In this document: positions 1 to 13,700 of the stretch, piece after piece
Position numbering within the stretch: the first letter of the stretch is position 1
Layout of the letters: each line of letters begins with the position of its first letter
DNA from: Dimorphilus gyrociliatus
Lineage: Eukaryota > Animalia > Annelida
Reading direction: 5' to 3'
Assembly: GCA_904063045.1 (NCBI GenBank)
Contig: CAJFCJ010000116.1
Coordinates: forward strand, 1 to 35,835
DNA: 35,835 nucleotides
Made by a program: the position numbers and the translations under genes
The notes under the pieces: model-generated
Told to the model about the DNA's origin: nothing
Database searches by the model: none
The model's input: only the letters and a program-made list of their open reading frames with translations

Positions 1-3000
1 TAGATAAGTTGTAGAAAAAGATTTCTGCTCAGTTGAATTAATGAAAATATTTTTCAAATTTTTAAAAATCACTTTTTTAAATTGATTTTGAATCGTAACG
101 AATAATTTTGATAGAATAACACCACTTTGACATTCTATATGAAAAGGTGAAGGGCAAAAGCATTTCTGATGGCAAATTTTATATGAACAATACAATTCAT
201 CACTTCCGTATTCACAATCAACAATTCCGTTACAAACATTCGATAGATTGACAAACATAAATTGATTTTTACATTTGAAAAAACCTTTTGGTTTAAAATT
301 ATCTAATTTGAAAGAAAAATTGAAAATTTAAATATTTGAAAATATTTACAAATTTAAAAAAATAAAAAGAAAAACCGCAAAATATTTCGTCATCTTGATT
401 TTTGCAATGAAATTTTCCATCACAAACATTTTGAATTGAAATACAATAATTTACATTTTGACATAAATATTCTCCTATTTTACAAACTGTTGTTTGTTTA
501 CAATAATTTAGATATTGAAAAGGAGAATGAAATTTTTGTATTAAATTTCCCATTGAATCGTAAGTTATTCTACAGTGGTGTGAACGTTGTATTTGTACGT
601 CTGAAATAATTTGATATTATTTATAGAAAATTTTGGACAGGTAACCAAACTATTTCATTTATCTAACCCCTATCGCATATATTTCTATCTTTAAAACAAA
701 TTTTGTAAGCTTCGTCCGATTTATCGTTGCATTGAAATTTCATATCGCAAAGAACATCTCTCGATAAGCATTTATTATCGCAGAAAAATCGTCTAGTCTG
801 ATTGCAGTCTTTAAAAAATAAATTGCAGTTGGAAAAAGAACAAAAAGAGAAGGAAAAACAGGTAAAAACAAACTAACAATGATTGTTATTATTCAATTCT
901 AGAAAATTCAAGTTTGAACTTTGACCTTCCGAACAAATTTCGTCGCTTGAATCGAAACAATTTCTCTCAGAATTACAAAAATCATTGATATCCGTCAAAC
1001 ATTGATTGTTTTTACATCTTTAAAAAGTTAAAATGCATAATATTTGCAGTTTTTTTTTTTAAAAAACCTCAATTCTTCTTTGCAGTACGAAAATTCTATT
1101 TAAAAAGAAAACGTATTTGAATAATCAGAAACATTTTGACATAACAAACTGCAAAATAATTCATCTTTTGAATTTGGACAATCCGGAACGAAATCGCAAA
1201 CAAATTTTAAATTGATTGATACTTTTGAATTGCAACGGAAGTTTTTATCAAAATTATTACAATTCACTTCATCTTCCTTTGACAAACAATCGTATTTTCC
1301 ATCGCAAACGTAAATCTTATTAATACAAATACCATCTTTTACGCATAAAAATTCAATTTTACTTGAACATTTAGCAATATTGACATTCAATTTTTCAAGG
1401 TCACTGCTTAAATGATTTTCTATAATAAAAAAATGAACAAGTTTTTTTTTTTGAATAATTCAAAAAAATATGTTTATACTATTTTCAGTTGAGCATAAAA
1501 AGTTATGCTCCTGTTTGAAAATGCAAGATATTTTCTTAGGCTTGCTGATGAAAGCTTCTATATAGAATAAGGAAGTTTTAAAGCAACCTTTCTCAATAGA
1601 GGTCATAGCGTCTTTCATGCTTGAACATATATTGCTATAATTGACGTAGGAAAGAAAGTGTATTTATTAACACCTTTAACAAATATAAAATACGAAGATA
1701 ACCGAACTCTCTACTGACGTAAAGTTGAGATAAAAATTCTGAAGGATATCCACTAGGGGTCATTTGAATGTCTTGACCTTTAATATTTCGAACAATTAAT
1801 TCTTAAATAAACGATGAAAATTGATAAATAGATTAGTTTATAGAACAATAATAGGGTTTACTATTAGTTAGGCCTTTAAAATAAATTTGTTCCCATTCTT
1901 TTTCACCTAAGCTTATTTGTTCCCTTGCAAATTCATATTCCTCAATATTCTCTATTACGTAATAAGTTAAATTTCTCTTTCGGCAAAACATCTCTACGTC
2001 TGCCATACTGGCGTGATTCAAACTATGAAAATAGAGACATTTTTTATTGAATGAGAATGAATCTCCAAAACTGCATTCTAAATATATTGGAAATAGAGAA
2101 TTAATTGAGTGTTATTAATAAATATACTTTTCATACCAATAGGCCTAGTATGGTCGCATCTAAGATGATAAGGTCGATTGTGTTTATCAAAGTCAAAACT
2201 AAAAAAATTTTCAAATTTTTAAAATATTTTTAAATTAAAAAAAAAAACACATTGAGTACTTTTCAGCATTATCTGTTATTTTACAATCAGCCAATTGAGT
2301 ATAATTGACGAAACATTCAAAATTAAAAGTAATAACTGGTTTGAAATGTTCTATTTCTGTTGACGTTGTAAAATATCCTGAAGAGAATCCTAAGTTTTGG
2401 CAAATTTTATTGATATTCATTTGGGTATAAAATGTTTTCGGCACCATAGACCATACATTTTCGTAGAAAAATTGAGGATAACCTTGAATTATATTTTTAA
2501 ATTTTGAATCTCTTTTATAATACGATTTTTCATATTCAAAATTCCATAATCTTATATCAAAATCTGCAAAGTTTTATTTTTAAAAATGTGAGTTTTTGTT
2601 TTTTTTAAAAAAGAGACTTTTGAAATTTTGATTTGAATTTTCGCAATAAGGCATAAAATATCTTCCCGATTCACGACTTTTTTCAATTTTACAATCATTT
2701 AAGTTCATCTCTTTATCCCAGCGACATTTTTCGAATATTACTGATAATCTGTGATTGAAATATCGATTTGGACTTTTATGACAATTCTATAAATAGAAGT
2801 TGAATGATAAATAATTAATTAAAGTTTTTGAAAAAAAATTGACACTAAACTGAAAAGTATTGAATATATAGTTCTTCATGATAAGAATAAAGTACTTTTC
2901 CAACCATTTTACAAATTAAATTTAAAAATTTAATTGTTAATTTACGATAAGTAATTGGCAATTGGCCAAAAGTTTTTGAATTCATTGTATATAATTTAAA

Positions 3001-4038
3001 TTGAGTATTTGGAATATTCAATAATTTTGTGAAAAATTCATTGGAATTTACATTAGAAATGTCTATTTTTAGAAACATATAGAAAAAGTTATTTTCGTAT
3101 TTTTTATATATTAAAAAAATATAACCTCCAATTTCTGAATAGTTGCATAGAATTTTTTCTGTAAAATTGTTAGTCTCTTTCAGCAAAACATCTCCATTGT
3201 TGACGTAAGCGATTAAACGCTTGTCCTTTTTCAAGGACATATTAATGTAATACTGTACACTTTTGCAAATTTCACTTCTATACTGTAAATTTCCACTAAG
3301 TTGGTAAAAGATTTTTGAAAATCTATATAGAATTTCAAATTGTTCAAAATGTCTATTTAAAGCTGACGCAATGGTATCTTAAAAGAAGAAAAAGTTGCGA
3401 ATAGGCCTAAGTTGTTAATTTTAAACAACTTACAACCAACATTAATCTTATAGCATTTTATACAAAATCCTGGTGTTACTGGTAGAATGGACGAAAAATT
3501 GAACCTGTCGAAAAGTGTATCATTTAAATATTTGAATATTTAAAAAAACAAAACAAATTCATACAATGAACAGCAATCTCTTTTTCCATGTCTGTCAATA
3601 GCGGAAAAATCTTGAAAATACAAACCAATTTTAACTTGAATATCTCTATCTGAAGACAATAATAAGACGTTACGTCATAATTTTTTTGGATCCAATTAAT
3701 ATTTAACCATCCGTATTTCTACAAGCTTGAGCAATTATATTTACGTCATCGTATCCCATCGATCTACATAGGGTTCTATATTGATTATCCATCAAATTTG
3801 GATTGAATTCTATAGGAAAACTTTGATTAAGATGTTTAATATTGATAAAAAGTTGTCCATATGTCCAACTAGAAGAGTTCTCTATTGATTTTATAAAATA
3901 ATTAACTCTTTGAAAATTTAAAAAATGTATTGATAAATTTTTAAATGATAAACATTTTCCTTCGGAGATAATTGAAATTTGTTGGAAATTTACCAAAATA
4001 TTAAAAATTATTAAAAGTGTTTTACATAAATAGTTCAT
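1..4038 (-). CDS. GRL101: GRL101-like multidomain receptor, paralog C (spliced; 3' part runs off the left edge). SRCR-like units, CTLD-like domain, 6 LDLa repeats, LRRNT
   Basis: Signal-peptide-like start MNYLCKTLLIIFNILVNFQQ (ATG 4038). SRCR-like segments LCRSMGYDD and KICQNLGFSSG...FECFVNYTQLADC. CTLD-like VEMFCRKRNLTYYVIENIEEYEF...HNFLC. LDLa cores CDGKYDCLSKEDE, CDFVPDCPNSKDE, CNSERNCFDSSDE, CDMKFQCNDKSDE, CDGKFHCKNQDDE and CNGIVDCEYGSDE, then CHQKCFC..IEC (LRRNT), with the frame open to position 1. Module order matches the two plus-strand paralogs. The 7TM part is outside the window. Confidence 0.8.
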
Positions 4039-4907
4039 TCTAATTTGAAATTCAAACAAAAAATGGATAAACTGCAAAATAGTTTATTCTATTTTCAATC
4101 ATAAAATTGATATACTGCTCAAGCTTAACTAAGGTTATTAATATTGTTTATTAACGCTTCTATAGATACTCTATCGTTCGTATTACCATTTTAACAACCT
4201 TCTTTTCAATTATTTTTGCAGTTGAGAAGCCATATACTACTGCAACAACATAGTTAATTAAATTGTAACTATATTAGTGTAAAGATACAAAGATACTTTG
4301 GAATAATACAATTCTTTGCGCCATCTAGTATTAAAATATCTAAAAGTTGAAAATATCCAGTCACCCTCTTAATAAACGATACAATAGCAATTGTTCAAAG
4401 CCTAATCAATAAAATTGTATAGAGAATAATGTTTGTACTCTATAAACAGAATGACAATAATGGTAAACTTTTAGCAAACTACTAGTTTTTTGTATCAGCT
4501 ACTAGTTGTCCATTATACAACAATAAACATATCCAATACCATAGGACAAAGAGTTGTAAAATTATATAAGTAATTAATTGGGGGAGATACAATAGTGAAA
4601 GTAATTCAAGTTAATGTCAAATTAACTGCCGGTGCAGATATTACAATTGTGTTAAATGTATTAAATTTTGCAGTATTTCCTATTTATCGAAGGAATTAAT
4701 ATTTAAACTGGAAATAAGTGAAAACGTCTAAAATATTTATATTAACTTTTTGAATAATAAATAGATAAAACGACTTTTCAAAGAATTACACAAAATGTAA
4801 TTAGCAACTATATAATGTTTGTCAGGTGTTATATAAAAAGTGATTATCTCTCTCAATCAATTCATTTTTCCTTGATAAGAATATCACTTGATTTTTCTAT
4901 TCAAACT

Positions 4908-7128
4908 ATGACAAACTTTATTCAAGTTATGTCAATTTTTATGTTATTTCGTTAGTTTGTCTAGTTTGTCATTTTTTCTACCTTTACCTTCTCTTTTTTT
5001 TAATTTAGATATTCAAATTAAAAGTACTACTTCAAATTTGGCTAGAAATAAGCCAGCTTTCCAGAGTTCTATTGAAGTTTCGATTCTTGGTAATATATTT
5101 CCACCGGAATATGCAAATGATGATCATATTGAGATTTCGAATACATTTGTCAGTGTTTTACATACTGTGAAAATGTATTTAAAACGTGATGTTTTCTTTG
5201 TTCTAAATAGGATGAAAAATGTTCAAAAACTGACATTAGTGTATTGACAAAACAATGGTGGATGGTTGACCTTGAAAATTTCTATATAATTGAAAAAGTT
5301 TGCCTTCTAAACACCATGTCTCCGATATGTTTGTAATTTCGAATAAATAGCTTAAATGCATCTAAATTCAGAAGATTTTTTCAGATTCTCAGTTAAATAA
5401 TCTGGACATTACTGTACATGATTCGATAGACGGTCCTTCAAAGCTCTGCAAAACTATTTCTTCACCCGTAAAACAGCCAACTAGTACTGACTTTTCGCAG
5501 TATAGTTGTTATAATTGCCCGGAGAATTTAAAAGGCTCTTTGGTTAAGATTTCTCATCAAACTGCAAATATCAAATTAATAATTTGCGATGTTCACATTC
5601 AAGGAAAATTTATTGGGGAAAAAGGTAAAATATTTGGTTACCATGGTATTTATAAAAACATTCTTATTTCTTTTATATAGTTGAACATCTACTGCAAAGT
5701 GAAAATTTAAACTTAAGATACGGTATTAAAGATCTTAAGAATAATGGCGAGAATGCTTTTGATAAGAATTATACTAGCATATTCCATTCAAAGACGATAC
5801 CTTATTCATATTCTACACCATATTTACTAATTGATACAAACAATTTCCATACAGTTGTCGGATTATTTGTTTTGACAGATCAGAGTAAAGTTGAAAATCT
5901 TATCTAAGATAATCTTTATTCAAAAAAACAAACAAAAATCATTTATTTTGCAGATATTCTACTGCAAAACAAATTTGAAGGTGTTTATATTGCAGTTAAT
6001 TACATACCGGAAACAATGTTTAATCCAAATCTGAAATTTTGCATTCAAAACTATCATAGTGAAGATATCATTATTAGATATCAATTAAATTGGATATTAT
6101 GTAATGAAACTCACACTGGAAGATATATAAATATACTTAAATACAATGCCAATAACATTGATTTAGCATTAAAAATAGCTGAAATTTTCATCTACACTAC
6201 TCAGCCCAAAGAATTCAATTTAAAAAGTAATTGATTTTCAACACAATCTTTACATTCATTTTTCAAAAGAGTACGTTTTTTTTCCTTATTCCAGTATTCG
6301 ACTTTAAAAGTAATATTCAAGCAATGACACTTAATGACGTTAACGTAAATATTCAATATATGAATGATAATGTATATTATCCATCAGATTCATTGGGTTT
6401 GCAATTATTTAGGCAACATGAACGACTAGAAATTGTAATGGAGATATCCGCTTTAAATTTAATCTGTTTAACAGGTTAAAATCATAATTCAATTATTTAT
6501 CTTTTATAGTATAAGATATTTATTTTTTCTACCAGTTTACCACGTTGAATATTTTACCAATGATATTCAAGTAGAAGTTGAAAATATTGTAACAAAAACT
6601 CTTGTTTCCACATCAACAAGTGGCAATTTTAAATATGCCCATACAGTTTGTTGTACATTTGAGCTTGTAATGACAAAACTGGTAAGATTTATTGGGAAAA
6701 ATAGTCAACATATTTCTGAAATTGATTTACAAAGTGTTTCAAAGTTGTCTTATAAAGGTAATAATTGATTTTGACCAATAGAGAGAGAGAGTTTAATTAA
6801 ATAGTTTAATATTTTAATATTTGCAGTGGATAAAAATTCTAAATGTGGCCATAATTCTTATAGATTAGAATTTGACCTAATTAATATTCAAAATGTCGAG
6901 AATGAACAATATAATCTAATCATTGAAGGATCCTTAAATGCTGAAGATATAACTGTTATCTCAAAAAATATTACTCAAAATAATATTTTCAATATATGTA
7001 AAAATACTATAATAGATGATGAACCTCTTCCAGGTTTCATAATGTTTCAATGTAAAAGATTGAGTAGTATCATTGAAGTATATAGTTCTCTTCTGTTCAA
7101 ATCTGTATCGTATATTCATATATTTTAA
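4908..7128 (+). CDS. Secreted protein with three tandem fucolectin/FTP (F5/8C-like) domains (spliced)
   Basis: Phase-compatible exon chain from ATG 4908 (MTNFIQVMSIFMLF, intron 4951-5008). Domain 1: NLARNKPAFQSS...CSKT...QWWMVDLENFYIIEKV...LIICDVHIQG. Domain 2: NAFDKNYTSIFHSK...PYLLIDT...CNETHTGRYINI...LKIAEIFIY. A more degenerate third domain ends ISEIDL. The last exon is 6827-7128. Confidence 0.7.
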
Positions 7129-7707
7129 ATGTTTATTCTTTCTCTATATCTTATTATCTGCTGTGAATTTTTTAATGTTTTATGAACACTGTAAAGTTAT
7201 TAAGACAATTTTCAATTTATTGAAAATCTAGTATTATTAAAAGACAAAATAGAGAAATAATTCTAAAATTTCTTTACCTTTTTTTTGTATTTTATACAAT
7301 TTCAATAGGCCTATATACTTGAAACAACAATAGGAGACTTTAATTTATCTCCTAGTAGATATAAATAATCAATAAAAAATATACCTGCTTTACAAAAGTC
7401 CATGGAAGATTTCCAAGCTATAATATTACTTGAGATACTCTCCACTTCTCTGCTCATTACTTTTCTCAGTTATAAGATATCCCATATGGATATACAGGAG
7501 AGAAAAACCTAATAATGAATGAAAAGTATTAGGTAATCATTAGACTAATTTATCTTGGTTTTCTTTTCTTTTAATTAATAGCTTCTCTTCAACTATTCTA
7601 TGTTCTTTAGACAGAAAAACAACCAAAGAAAATAAGGTGTAATTCTTATTCTCAATGTAGAAAAGTAGTCAATTAGCTTATCCAATAAAAAGTGAATAAA
7701 TGTGATT

Positions 7708-10700
7708 ATGGGATTATTAAAATTAATGAATTTTATGTTATTTTTACTAATAACACCATTTAAAGATAATGTTATTGGTGTTAAAAATGTTTGTCTAAGA
7801 ATTTATCTATCAGACGAAATTGAATATAAAAATTTCACTATGGGCGAAATAATTGAAAATGATAATAGGAAAATAACAGCATTTGTTCATTTGTATCATT
7901 CTCGTGCAAAAACCAGATTTAATTTAACAATAAAGGATTCAAAATTGCAAAAAGTTGATACCAGTTTTAAATTTGGAAAAGGTATTTGTTCAAATGAAGG
8001 ATTCGATTCGTTTCATTTCTATATATGGAGTAGTTTTGTTGAAATGGGTAAGAAAAATGGCGTCTTTTCATAAAATATATAAAACTAATACATTTCCATT
8101 AACAAAATTGGGGGGAAAATAGAAGAAAATCCAGCTGAATTGAGGCTGTTCAAGGTTTATTAAATTGTTTAATCCTGTCTAAAACCAATTAGATTTGATT
8201 ACAATTTTCAATAGAGAGGTGAAAGAAGATCAAGTATTATTGTACGAAAATTGAGGAAATGCATTGATAAGAAAACAACTAGAATTCTTTTGAAAATAAC
8301 TTGTTTTAAAATTTCAGAACCATGTAACAATAAAGTTTTTTTTAAATTTACAAAACACAAATTCTCACTCTCTTTCTCTCTCAGTTTTTTACAGTTGGGT
8401 AATTAAAATGTACAAATCACCTTTATCTCAATATCAACTCTTTGTGAGATTAGATAACAAAGATTATAGATATTGTATTGACAATTTCACTGTTAGCAAT
8501 CCTTGTAAATTAAGATATTTGAAATGGTATCAAAGAACAATTCATAAAAGGATAACATATCATTATTTTTATGGTAACACTACTCATTTTAAAACAATCT
8601 CTAACGATCATAAAGATACGAAATGCTCCCCAGTAGAATGTTTAAATATTGCAGAAGGTTTGTCTATCAATATGCTTAAGATAAACAAAAAGAAAGAAAA
8701 GAAAACATTACAAACTTTAGATTTAAATACTAAAGAAATAAAACTTTTAAAGCATCCAATCAGAAATCAAGCATATGTTCCCTATATAAAAACTGAAAAA
8801 TATAATGAAATTGGTATTTTTATATCAGACATCAAATTCTTATTTCTTACAAAACATTTTCTGTGTCGGAGTTTAAATTTTAGGACAACTCTACCTAATG
8901 ACAATGAATTGAAATGTAAAAGCTTTACTCATCTAACTACATACACAAATTTCTTTACCACATTTTGCAATGGTCAAAATGAAATTGAATCTTTTAATGA
9001 TTGTATCATTAAAAGGAAGACGCCTAGCCCAAGTTCTTTAAGAATATGTGAGCTTCCTTGCAGTAATATATCCATTTCAGGTGAGAATACAAAGGCACAT
9101 GCACACACACTCACACTCTCTCTCTGCTTCAGATGAAAAGTATCGTATTTATGAAGAGTATCCATTAAATAATTCGCAAAGAATTGATGGATTTTTACAA
9201 GCAAATTTCCATGGAGTATGGCTAAATGTCCTAGTTATTCCATTATCTAATACAAAACAAGTATTCTTAAGACATTAAACTTTTTCTTTCTATTATTTAG
9301 CCGTTCTCTTTACAGTTGGTTTGCAATTATTTCGGTTATAAATACTCAACATTTTTTATTCCCAACCAAAGAAATGCAAGATGGTGGAATAGTTTTTTAA
9401 TAGCTAAATGCGACAATTGCAAACAATTGGATTGTTGCCAAATGTCATTTTTAGATATGGATAAGAAGGATATGGAAGATTTTTCATTATTTAGAATAAG
9501 CTGTCATAATTTACAACTTTTCGAAGAGTGTAGTAATGAGAAAATGGAATTGAATTTTAATGGAAAATGTTACTCATTCCACATTGGTCATCAGATGCTT
9601 TTCAATGAAGTAGAATCTTATTGCAGAAGAGAGAATAAATCAGTTATCAGTATTGATTCTTATCCAGAAGCTGCTATGTCAGTTTTAATGCACTCACACT
9701 TTTCATTCGATGAATATTTCAATATAAAATATCCGATTGGTGTGAACAAAAAATTCTAAAAGATTTCTAGATAAATAATTAAAAAAACATAGAAATTAAA
9801 AACCAATTTTTAAATGCAGATTTTATTTATCCAATGGAAATATCTGGAATGAATGGAATGTTTAGAGTTACGTAGGTTTCATTTATTGGAATATTTAAAA
9901 AAAATGTAAATTATTCACCTTTTTTGTAAATTATTCAAAAGCCATGTGGATAATTTGTTAGCAACTCATTTGGAAACAATTGTTTCTTTTGAGAAAGAAA
10001 ACTATTGCTTTTACGCCACGGGTTATAGACTTGTAAAAGTCAGCTGTCTTAGCAGGAAAATGTTCCAATATTTCATCTGCGAACAATCCTATAGTATGTT
10101 TTCTAAAGGCTTAAATGGAAGAGAAGAGAAGAGAAGGGAAGGGAAAGCATATATAAAAGTACTAGTTTGTAGATTCACCATTTTCTTCCTCACTTCCTCC
10201 CTCCCTTTCTTCCCGTCTTACATCTCTTATAGTTTTTCTCTATACAAAGTTTATTCTTTTACTAGATACATTACGAATACTAAATAGATTTTCCTATGAT
10301 AGATTAACACTGACAAACTCGTCATCTTGTCAATTTGGACAATTTATGTGTTTGACCTTGAACTATTGTATTAATTTAATAAATATTTGTGATGGAGAAA
10401 ACGATTGTACAGACGGAAGTGACGAAATTAATTGTCGAGATGCTAAATATAAATGTTCTGGTAATAGCAGCGATATTATATCGACTCAATTTGTATGCGA
10501 TTTCATTACTGATTGCAAAGAAAATGAGGATGAAAATTTTTGTCATAAAGAGAAAGATAATAATTTGTTAATATAGGCCTACAACCACCCCTTGAAGATA
10601 ATTTATATTTTGTTTTTCATCTTTTTCACCAAAAAACACAGTTTAAATTGTCGAAATGGACAAATGATTCTTAAGACTGAATTGTGTAATGCCGAGAAAA

Positions 10701-13700
10701 ATTGTTTCGACCAATCAGACGAAACTATAGCTTGTCAAGGTAATTTGACCTTGACCAAAGTAAAAAAAATTAAAATTCTACAAAAACAACAGAACTATGC
10801 GGAAAAAGACATTATTGTATGAAAAAGTGTCTTAGTTCAAATGAATATTGCGATATGAAACCGGATTGTTCAGAAATTTCAAAAGATGAAGATATTACCA
10901 AATGCTCAAGAATATTTCCCATTCGGTAACGAAAAAAAACAAACAAAAAGGATATTTTCAACCATTTTGCTTTTTTACATATTTAAATTGCAAATCTACT
11001 ACTCCTACAACACAAAACAGTAATTCAGACTCAAGAAACATCAAACAACTCTTTTTAAAATCTAACTATACAAGAGAAACTTCAATGACAAACTGCCGTC
11101 TTGTTTATAATTCATTTGGCAAACTTTTAACAAAAACTTCATTTCCTTATCTAGAACTTGAAAATTGTGAAAAGATAATTTGTAGGCCTGGAGAATATAA
11201 ATGTAAATATAAGAATTATTGTATTTCAATTAGCGAAATATGCGATAATACAATACATTGTCCTCAGGGAGATGATGAACAAAATTGCGGTACAATCTTA
11301 TTTTTTTATTTAAAAAATTCGTTCTTTTTACATCTTGGCTTTTTTTCACATAATAGAAAATTTCTTCCCTAAATTTACATTTAAATGTAAAAATCAAGTC
11401 AAATTTTTACAATCTTTCCAGTTTTGCAATAGAATTATTGACTGTAAACACGGTGATGATGAAAGATTTTGTCCAAATTCAAAAGATGAAGTTTGTCCAC
11501 AAAACTGCAATTGCCAACTTCTTTCAAAGATGAATTGTTCATTTGAAGGAAAAAAATTGATTTCAAATTTGAATGTCGTTTTCAAGTTGAAAAGTTTAAT
11601 TCTATTCGGCTTACCAGATTACTTTACAATTGATGTAAAACATCATTTGTCGTTGACCTACTTGGAAATAGGAGATAGTTTGACGAACAGAATACCCCAA
11701 CTGCAAACTTTTAACCTGGTTGTTCTGATTGTACGCAAATCTGGAATAAAGGCTTTAAACGTTACTGATTTATGGAATTATAAATATTTACAATATTTAG
11801 ATTTGAGCGATAATCCGTTTCATTTCGTTCCGCCATCATATTTTGAAAAATCTGTTAGAATATTGCACATAGATCTCTCCAAATCGAAGTTGAAGAGCCT
11901 CGAGAAATTTACATTCTCTTCTCTCAGCAATCTAAACACTTTGATTATAGCCGAATGCGAATTGAGTTTTATTCATCATCAATCATTTCATCATCTTACA
12001 AAATTGGAATATCTCTTCCTCAATGGAACGGAACTTCCTCCATTCCTATCCAATAGGCTTTTTGCAAAAATTTTCACATTGAAGACAATGATATCGGAAA
12101 GTTTTCAACTCTGTTGTATAGAGAAGAAAAAGGCATTGGGGATCGTTTGTCAACCAGATAAATCTGTTATTAAAAAATGCGATGATCTAATTGGAAATAG
12201 TAATTTAAGAATATTAATTTGGATATGGATCTTTTTTGGTGTTTTTGGAAATTTAATCGCCATTTTTCTCCAAATAAAATCATTTACATTTTCAAATACT
12301 TTGTGCATATTCCTGCATTTTTCCGATTTATCTCTAAGTGGTTATTTACTTGGAATTACTTGTATAGATCTATATTATAGAGGAGTATATATGGAGTACG
12401 ATTCAAAATGGAGATCTAGTCTAGGCTGTTCAATTTTGGGTGTATTATCAACTACAAGTGTAATATTTTCAAATTTTTGTATTCTACTAATCACAGCTGA
12501 GCGATATTTCGCAATTTGTCATTTGATAATTCATAAAAAATATTTCAAAAATCTTTTACAGTACTGTTTTTTTGCTTTGTCATTTTTATTCTTTTCAACT
12601 ATTTTATCAATAATTCCACTATTTTCATTTAAAGTTTGTTTCATTTTGTTATTGTTGTTGTTTTGTCTAACAAAAGTAAAAACAACATAGGCCTAAACTT
12701 TTGAAAATGATAGAAATCTATTATAAAATTTATATACAGTATATATAAAGTAATCTTCATAAAAAAGGAACACCTGAAATTTTGAATAGGCCAACATATT
12801 AAAAATGTTTTTTACTAAGAAAAATGATTTTTTTTACATTTTTTCTGCTTAAAATGTTAGATGAAGCTTAAATTTATATATAATTTTCTTTTAATTACGA
12901 TTTAGGTAAGATTTTACATCATTTTTTTTTGTTTATATTATGTTCTGTGTTATTGATTTTTTTTTCTTACTTGGCTGCACTTTATAATAAGATAAGGAAA
13001 AATCCACCAAATTTTTCAGCTCCCTTTGAATGGTTAATAGGCTAACATCTATGTCTAACTCTTTCAAAATTTTTCTTGCTGTCACCCTCTCCTTATTTTC
13101 ATTTTGTGTATAGCCCTCTTCATCCTGCCTATATATCTCTCTGTAAGTTTCTTTGGACAACCTCTATTCTCCTCTTCTGGTGGTTGATACCTTAAAGTAT
13201 TGCTAACAGAAGAGGGTGCCATTCCTAAAGCTCTTGCTGTGGCTTGTAGTTTTTGTAATTCATTGTATTTCTTGAATACAAGCTCCCTAATGTCTTTACT
13301 CCATGTCATATTTAAAAAAGTACAATAAAAATAAAGTAATATAAATGAAATTAACAATTAATTCATAAAGATAACTTAGAAAATCAAAGACATTGAAAAA
13401 AATGTTTGTTTGCAACATCTATTTGAATGCCAAACCAGATGTCAAGTGACTTTTCCAATAATTATGAAGTGGGGCGAAATAAAGAAAAAATTGATGAAAA
13501 TGACCAGAAATATTTTGCTTATGATATTATCATTACATAATTTTTTTTTTCAATATTACATAAATACAACCCTTTTTTATAGAAATTTAGACCAAAAAAA
13601 ATAATTTACAGTGAAAAAACAGTTTTAACCATTAATTAAAAATTGGCCTATCAAAATTTACCATGTCCATTTTTATGAAGTTTACTATATATATATATAC

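Noticed and set aside
4080-4900. Possible small gene between receptor C and the FTP gene (GDTIVKVIQVNVKLTAGADIT fragment)
   Set aside because: No start, signal or splice support. More likely a divergent promoter region.
11394-11585. Duplicated minus-strand ORFs (11394-11585 and 19212-19403)
   Set aside because: Antisense to the receptor exons. Their similarity simply reflects the A/B conversion tract.
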